Shown here piece by piece: positions 15,316-19,024 of a stretch of 19,024 bases of DNA. The notes under the pieces are model-generated. The model was not told where the DNA came from. It searched no databases and worked only from the letters and a program-made list of their open reading frames with translations. Position 1 is the first letter of the stretch, and each line of letters begins with the position of its first letter. Source of the stretch: Methanobrevibacter ruminantium (GTDB taxonomy: Archaea; Methanobacteriota; Methanobacteria; Methanobacteriales; Methanobacteriaceae); contig NZ_JAEDCO010000031.1 in NCBI RefSeq assembly GCF_016294135.1, forward strand, positions 1 through 19,024, in the 5' to 3' direction. The translations under genes were made by a program, and so were the position numbers.

Positions 15316-15957
15316 ATGGATAAAAAATTAATCATCAGATACATTTTACTTATTCTCGGGGTGACTATAATGTCTTTAGGCATTGCATTATCCCTTAAGT
15401 CCACTTTAGGCACTCCTCCTATATCATGCATTCCTGCTGTTCTAGCTGTTGCTTTTCCTTGGACTGTAGGAGAATTCACCATAGTTTTCAATGCGTTGCT
15501 TGTCATATTCCAAATGGTTCTTTTAAGAAAAATAACACTATCGCAAATAGCCCAAATGCTTGTATGCATTCTATTTGGCTATATGATTGACTTTAACTTA
15601 AGTTTTATTGATTTCATCAATCCAACAATGTATATAAGTCAATGGATCTTGCTTATAGTAAGCTGTCTTGTTCTTGCATTCGGGCTTGTCATTGAAGTAA
15701 AGTCAGACATTACAATGCTCCCTGGAGACGGTGCTGTAGTGGCAATAGGTGAAGTGCTTAACAAGGATTGGGGTAAGGTCAAGCCATTTTTCGATGTTAC
15801 AGTTGTAAGCATAGGTGTCATTTTGGCATTGGTATTCATAGGCCACCTTGAGGGGGTTCGTGAAGGAACCATTTTTTCAGCTATTACAGTTGGTTTCATC
15901 ATTCAGTTTTACAATAAGGCTTTCGGATACAAGCTAGATAATTACTTAGAGAAATAA
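15316..15957 (+). CDS. YczE/DUF6198-like integral membrane protein (213 aa from ATG 15316)
   Basis: It has about 5-6 TM helices and the N-terminal pattern RYILLILGVTIMSLGIALSLKSTLGTPPIS typical of YczE/YitT-like proteins. A GGAAAGG Shine-Dalgarno precedes ATG 15316, so I prefer that start to 15274. Confidence 0.65.
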   Translation: MDKKLIIRYILLILGVTIMSLGIALSLKSTLGTPPISCIPAVLAVAFPWTVGEFTIVFNALLVIFQMVLLRKITLSQIAQMLVCILFGYMIDFNLSFIDFINPTMYISQWILLIVSCLVLAFGLVIEVKSDITMLPGDGAVVAIGEVLNKDWGKVKPFFDVTVVSIGVILALVFIGHLEGVREGTIFSAITVGFIIQFYNKAFGYKLDNYLEK

Positions 15958-16192
15958 TCAATTTTTTCATAAAATTTTAACCTAAATTCTTTTAGATTTT
16001 CACTTAAATCTTTCAATTTCTTTAAAATCCTTAATCATTCTTTTTTCTTAAAAATAATCCTTATTTGCCCTTTATTTTTCATTGATTTTTCAGTAAATTC
16101 ACAAAACTCATATTCTATTATATAAATGTTTTGTTTTGATTTTTTACATTAACTTTATAATAAGTAAATAATATAAATATACTTGTGATATT

Positions 16193-17023
16193 ATGGTAGT
16201 TAAAATCGCTATATTAAGAAGTGGTAATATTGGTACTTCACCAATATTAGATTTATTATTAGACGAAAGAGCAGACAGACCAAACATCGACGTAAGAGTA
16301 TTTGGATCTGGAGCAAAAATGAACCCTGAACAAGTCGAAGACGTTGTACCTAAATTCAAACAATTCGACCCTGACTTCTGTATTTTCATTAGCCCAAACC
16401 CAGCAGCACCTGGTCCAGCTAGAGCAAGAGAATTATTATCTGCAGAAGATATTCCTGCTATTATCATCGGTGACGCTCCTGGTAAAGGTAAGAAAGATGA
16501 AATGGACGAACAAGGTTTAGGTTACATTATTGTAATGGCAGACCCAATGATCGGTGCAAAAAGAGAATGGTTAGACCCAACTGAAATGGCTATTTTCAAC
16601 GCTGACATCATTAAGGTATTAGCAGAAACCGGTGCTTTAAGATTAGTACAAAAAACCATTGACGGTGTAATCGAAGCTGTTGAAGCAGGTAACGAAATCG
16701 AATTACCTAAACTCATTGTAACTGCTGAAAAAGCTGTAGAAGCTGCTAAATTCCAAAACCCATACGCAAAAGCAAAAGCTATTGCTGCATACGAAATGGC
16801 TGGCGCTGTAGCAGGTTTAGACATGAAAGGTTGTTTCATGACCAAAGGTTTCGAAAACTTCATTCCTTTAGTAGCTGCTGCTCATGAAATGGCTGCATGT
16901 GCAGCTGCATTAGCAGATGAAGCAAGAGAAATTGAAAAATCCAACGACACTGTATTAAGAACCCCTCACATGAAAGAAGGTAACGTTGGTTGCAAAGTTG
17001 ATTTAATCAGCAAACCAGAATAA
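16193..17023 (+). CDS. mtd: F420-dependent methylenetetrahydromethanopterin dehydrogenase (276 aa)
   Basis: It shows full-length similarity to Mtd as I know it (MVVKIAILRSGNIGTSP...PDFCIFISPNPAAPGP...). Codon bias is strong (GGT, GCT/GCA, GAA, AAA, TTA), consistent with very high expression. A GTGAT Shine-Dalgarno-like element lies just upstream. Confidence 0.95.
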   Translation: MVVKIAILRSGNIGTSPILDLLLDERADRPNIDVRVFGSGAKMNPEQVEDVVPKFKQFDPDFCIFISPNPAAPGPARARELLSAEDIPAIIIGDAPGKGKKDEMDEQGLGYIIVMADPMIGAKREWLDPTEMAIFNADIIKVLAETGALRLVQKTIDGVIEAVEAGNEIELPKLIVTAEKAVEAAKFQNPYAKAKAIAAYEMAGAVAGLDMKGCFMTKGFENFIPLVAAAHEMAACAAALADEAREIEKSNDTVLRTPHMKEGNVGCKVDLISKPE

Positions 17024-17036
17024 GTGTCGAGGATTT

Positions 17037-17077
17037 AAGTAGCTCTTTAGCTACTTATTTTTCTTTTTTCTTTTTTA
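17037..17077 (+). terminator. Hairpin plus oligo-T terminator of mtd
   Basis: AAGTAGCT (17037-17044), loop CTTT and AGCTACTT (17049-17056) form a perfect 8-bp stem. It is followed by ATTTTTCTTTTTTCTTTTTT. Confidence 0.7.
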
Positions 17078-17085
17078 AAACAAAT

Positions 17086-17127
17086 TCAAATCAAATCAAA
17101 AAATCAAATCTCAAATCAAAATCAAAA
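17086..17127. repeat. Imperfect TCAAA(A) microsatellite, about 7 units
   Basis: The sequence reads TCAAATCAAATCAAAAAATCAAATCTCAAATCAAAATCAAAA. Confidence 0.7.
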
Positions 17128-17354
17128 TTTACTTTTTTTCTTTTATTTTAACTCAATTTTAAAATTTCCTGCCGGAATATTTAATTCGTTAAAATACTAA
17201 CATATTGTTTTTGAGTTTTTATTAAAAAAAAGTTAAAACAGTTTAAAAAAATAATTGTAAAAATTTGTAAATAATTATAAATAATTTAAAAATAATTTAT
17301 AAGTGATAATAAATAATTAAAAAAAAGAAAGAATAAGGTTCTATAAGTTTTAAC

Positions 17355-17945
17355 TTAAAGAACGCCTTTTGTACTTAAAATTTCATCATGCTCAATTTTA
17401 CAGCCATCATACAATGATTTTGCAAATGCCTTGAAAAGAGCTTCTGCCTTGTGGTGATCATTTGCACCTTTACAGGTTCCATAGACATTGATCTTACCAC
17501 TGGAAGCGAAGGATTCAAAGAAGTGAACTACAACATCACTGCTTAAGTCACCAATCTTGTCATGCTTGAAATCCAAGCCCATATTGCAGTAGCTGCGGCC
17601 GCTGATGTCTATTGCAACAGTTGCAACTGAATCATCCATAGGTACAATAGCGTGACCCATTCTTCTGATTCCTTTCTTGTCGCCAATCGCTTCTGTGAAA
17701 GCTTCACCTAACAATATGCCAACATCTTCTACAGTGTGGTGATCATCGATTTCAATATCACCAATTGCCTTTATCTTTAAATCCATAAAGCTGTGTTTGG
17801 AAAAGGATTCCAACATGTGGTTGAAGAAATTGACGCCGGTGTCAATATCATATTTTCCAGTTCCATCAATATTTAATTCTATTTCAATATCTGTTTCAGA
17901 TGTCTTTCTTGAAACTTTAGCTATTCTAGTCATTGAATCACTCAC
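17355..17945 (-). CDS. hisB: Imidazoleglycerol-phosphate dehydratase (196 aa; 192 aa if ATG 17933 is used)
   Basis: It has the conserved IGPD motifs [41 protein letters not shown]. The ORF-track start is GTG 17945. ATG 17933 (MTRIAKV...) is preceded by GAGTGAT and may be the true start. Confidence 0.9.
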   Translation of the reverse strand: MSDSMTRIAKVSRKTSETDIEIELNIDGTGKYDIDTGVNFFNHMLESFSKHSFMDLKIKAIGDIEIDDHHTVEDVGILLGEAFTEAIGDKKGIRRMGHAIVPMDDSVATVAIDISGRSYCNMGLDFKHDKIGDLSSDVVVHFFESFASSGKINVYGTCKGANDHHKAEALFKAFAKSLYDGCKIEHDEILSTKGVL

Positions 17946-18036
17946 TGATTAATTCTTAAGTATCATATAGTAAACATAGTAAACAATTTATGCTAAAATT
18001 TTAAACTATATTTAAATTAAAATAACGATTAATTAT

Positions 18037-18240
18037 TTACTCGTCTGGTGCATTTCTCATAATTTTAATTGCATCTGGACCGCATTTCATTGCACATAAT
18101 GTACAAACATGACAATAATCCAGGTTTGATACATGTGCAACAGTATCAATAGTCCAAATATATCCTCCTTTAGGACAAATCTCTTTACAATTTCCGCATG
18201 CAGTGCATTTGTCCTCATCAACTATAATCTTTAAAATAAT
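18037..18240 (-). CDS. Small 2x[4Fe-4S] ferredoxin-like protein (about 60-67 aa); start codon unresolved
   Basis: My own reverse-strand translation gives ...ILKIIVDEDKCTACGNCKEICPKGGYIWTIDTVAHVSNLDYCHVCTLCAMKCGPDAIKIMRNAPDE*. It has two CxxCxxCxxxCP motifs and a TAA stop at 18039..18037. A perfect GGTGAT Shine-Dalgarno lies on the minus strand at 18246..18241. There is no in-frame ATG/GTG/TTG between the upstream stop (18276..18274) and the first cluster motif, which explains its absence from the ORF track. Confidence 0.6.
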   Translation of the reverse strand: MILKIIVDEDKCTACGNCKEICPKGGYIWTIDTVAHVSNLDYCHVCTLCAMKCGPDAIKIMRNAPDE

Positions 18241-18331
18241 ATCACCATGAATAAATCTGTAAATAATCTTATTTTATTTAATCTATATAAAACTATGCTA
18301 AATCCTTAAAAATATTTTTCATTAAAATGAA

Positions 18332-19024
18332 TTATAATTTTAAGGTAGCTATTGACAATGCCTTAAATCCAATGTAAACTTCTTTTCCCAAACTTAAATC
18401 AAGGTCCTTACCAGCAGATAAGGTGATGTCTGAGAAGATGTCCACTCCACCAATGTCAATTCTTACACGAACCATCTCATCTTGAAGTCTCATTTCAGTG
18501 ACTTTTCCCTTGAAGATGTTTCTGATGCTGGATGCTTGAGGCTCCAACATAATGAAGATATTGTCATAGCTTATTAAAGCGAGAATCTTATCTCCAACTT
18601 TATATTCCTTTTTCAATGGGATAGTTATGACCAATTCATTCATTTGAATTTTCATAACTCCTTTTGTTTTGTCAACTTCAAGAATCTCCGCTTCAATCTC
18701 ATTTGTTTCGCTGTGAAGTTCCATGATTGCATTGATCTTTTTGCATTCCTTTAGAATCTGCAAGCCCTCTTCGGTAAGAGTGGTGCTGCCTCCACCACCG
18801 CTTCCTCCTTTTTTAGTGTTTACAATAGCTATGTCCAATGTTGATTCTATCTTGTCGATATAGTTTAAAGCAGTTCTGTAGGAAATTTTAGAACGCTTAG
18901 CAGCATCTGTAATTGATTCGCTTTCATTTATATAAACCAACAGATTGAATTTCTTTTGATCCAATAGAAAAGAATTTCCATCTATATTAATCTTATATTC
19001 TACTCCCGCTTTTACCTCAGTCAT
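18332..19024 (-). CDS. modE: ModE-like molybdate/tungstate-responsive transcriptional regulator (N-terminal wHTH + GGSGGGG linker + tandem TOBE/Mop domains), 230 aa
   Basis: SITDAAKRSKISYRTALNYIDKIE...KKGGSGGGGSTTLTEEG matches the ModE N-terminal domain signature. The C-terminal half has two TOBE-like repeats (IRNIFKGKVTEM...V.IDIGG). The ATG lies exactly at the window edge (19024..19022), so an upstream start cannot be excluded. Confidence 0.8.
   Translation of the reverse strand: MTEVKAGVEYKINIDGNSFLLDQKKFNLLVYINESESITDAAKRSKISYRTALNYIDKIESTLDIAIVNTKKGGSGGGGSTTLTEEGLQILKECKKINAIMELHSETNEIEAEILEVDKTKGVMKIQMNELVITIPLKKEYKVGDKILALISYDNIFIMLEPQASSIRNIFKGKVTEMRLQDEMVRVRIDIGGVDIFSDITLSAGKDLDLSLGKEVYIGFKALSIATLKL

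Noticed and set aside
739-16863. Numerous 60-175-aa ORFs antisense to or overlapping the called genes (for example 739-1044, 893-1081, 1232-1459, 2792-3057, 4134-4361, 5030-5242, 5611-6218, 7440-7625, 8817-9344, 14536-14885, 15282-15902, 16144-16467, 16522-16863)
   Set aside because: These are shadow ORFs inside well-supported genes on the opposite strand or in another frame. They have odd composition (S/T/P/C-rich or low complexity) and no recognisable motifs.
18216-18248. Programmed -1 frameshift joining ATG 18248 to the ferredoxin frame
   Set aside because: The shift site (TTA TTT TAA) is not an X-XXY-YYZ slippery heptamer in the required frame. The ATG also overlaps the GGTGAT Shine-Dalgarno, so it is unlikely to be a real initiation codon.
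1-19024. tRNA, rRNA or other structured RNA genes, and prophage or defence islands
   Set aside because: The intergenic regions contain no GC-rich cloverleaf-capable segments. Only short G/C-containing islands occur (for example 10579-10593 and 10690-10703), and they have no convincing pairing. No genes for phage structural proteins, restriction-modification, toxin-antitoxin systems or nucleases were recognisable.

Overview
AT-rich (roughly 30% GC by eye) archaeal chromosomal segment, almost certainly from a Methanobacteriales methanogen (Methanobrevibacter-like). This rests on F420-dependent methylene-H4MPT dehydrogenase (mtd), a MurG-like/Wzy-like cell-wall gene pair, GGTGAT-type Shine-Dalgarno sites and TTTATATA-type promoters. 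I support 17 protein-coding genes, mostly housekeeping: a partial ParA/Soj-like ATPase, trpB2, a DUF1786 ASKHA-fold protein, a PHP phosphoesterase with a DUF63 membrane protein, leuA/cimA-family synthase, a TIGR03916-type radical SAM protein with a helix-hairpin-helix tail, cbiA/cfbB-family amidase, an orphan coiled-coil protein, a polytopic membrane protein translationally coupled to a MurG-like glycosyltransferase, a TIGR04076 protein, a YczE-like membrane protein, mtd, hisB, a small 2x[4Fe-4S] ferredoxin (missing from the ORF track) and a ModE-like regulator. I saw no rRNA, tRNA, CRISPR array, integrase or transposase, and no recognisable defence system. Two non-coding regions are the best candidates for something undescribed. 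(1) A 2.4-kb low-coding island (10111-12513) holds one coiled-coil gene with a possible AbrB/MazE-like N-terminus. It sits between two ~0.85-kb T-rich arms that share a motif family, including three copies of TACA(C/G)TTGAAA. That motif resembles the archaeal Orc1/Cdc6 mini-ORB, the copies are in inverted orientation, and no orc1/cdc6 gene is in the window. (2) A 485-bp region upstream of the parA-like gene contains a TATAAGT repeat array, eight helically phased A-tracts and a perfect 22-bp palindrome, and parts of these motifs recur 16.5 kb away. Functional readings of both are inference from sequence patterns only. Four TGTACA-type TRP boxes, phased at 10/20 bp, lie upstream of trpB2 and match the known TrpY operator logic.
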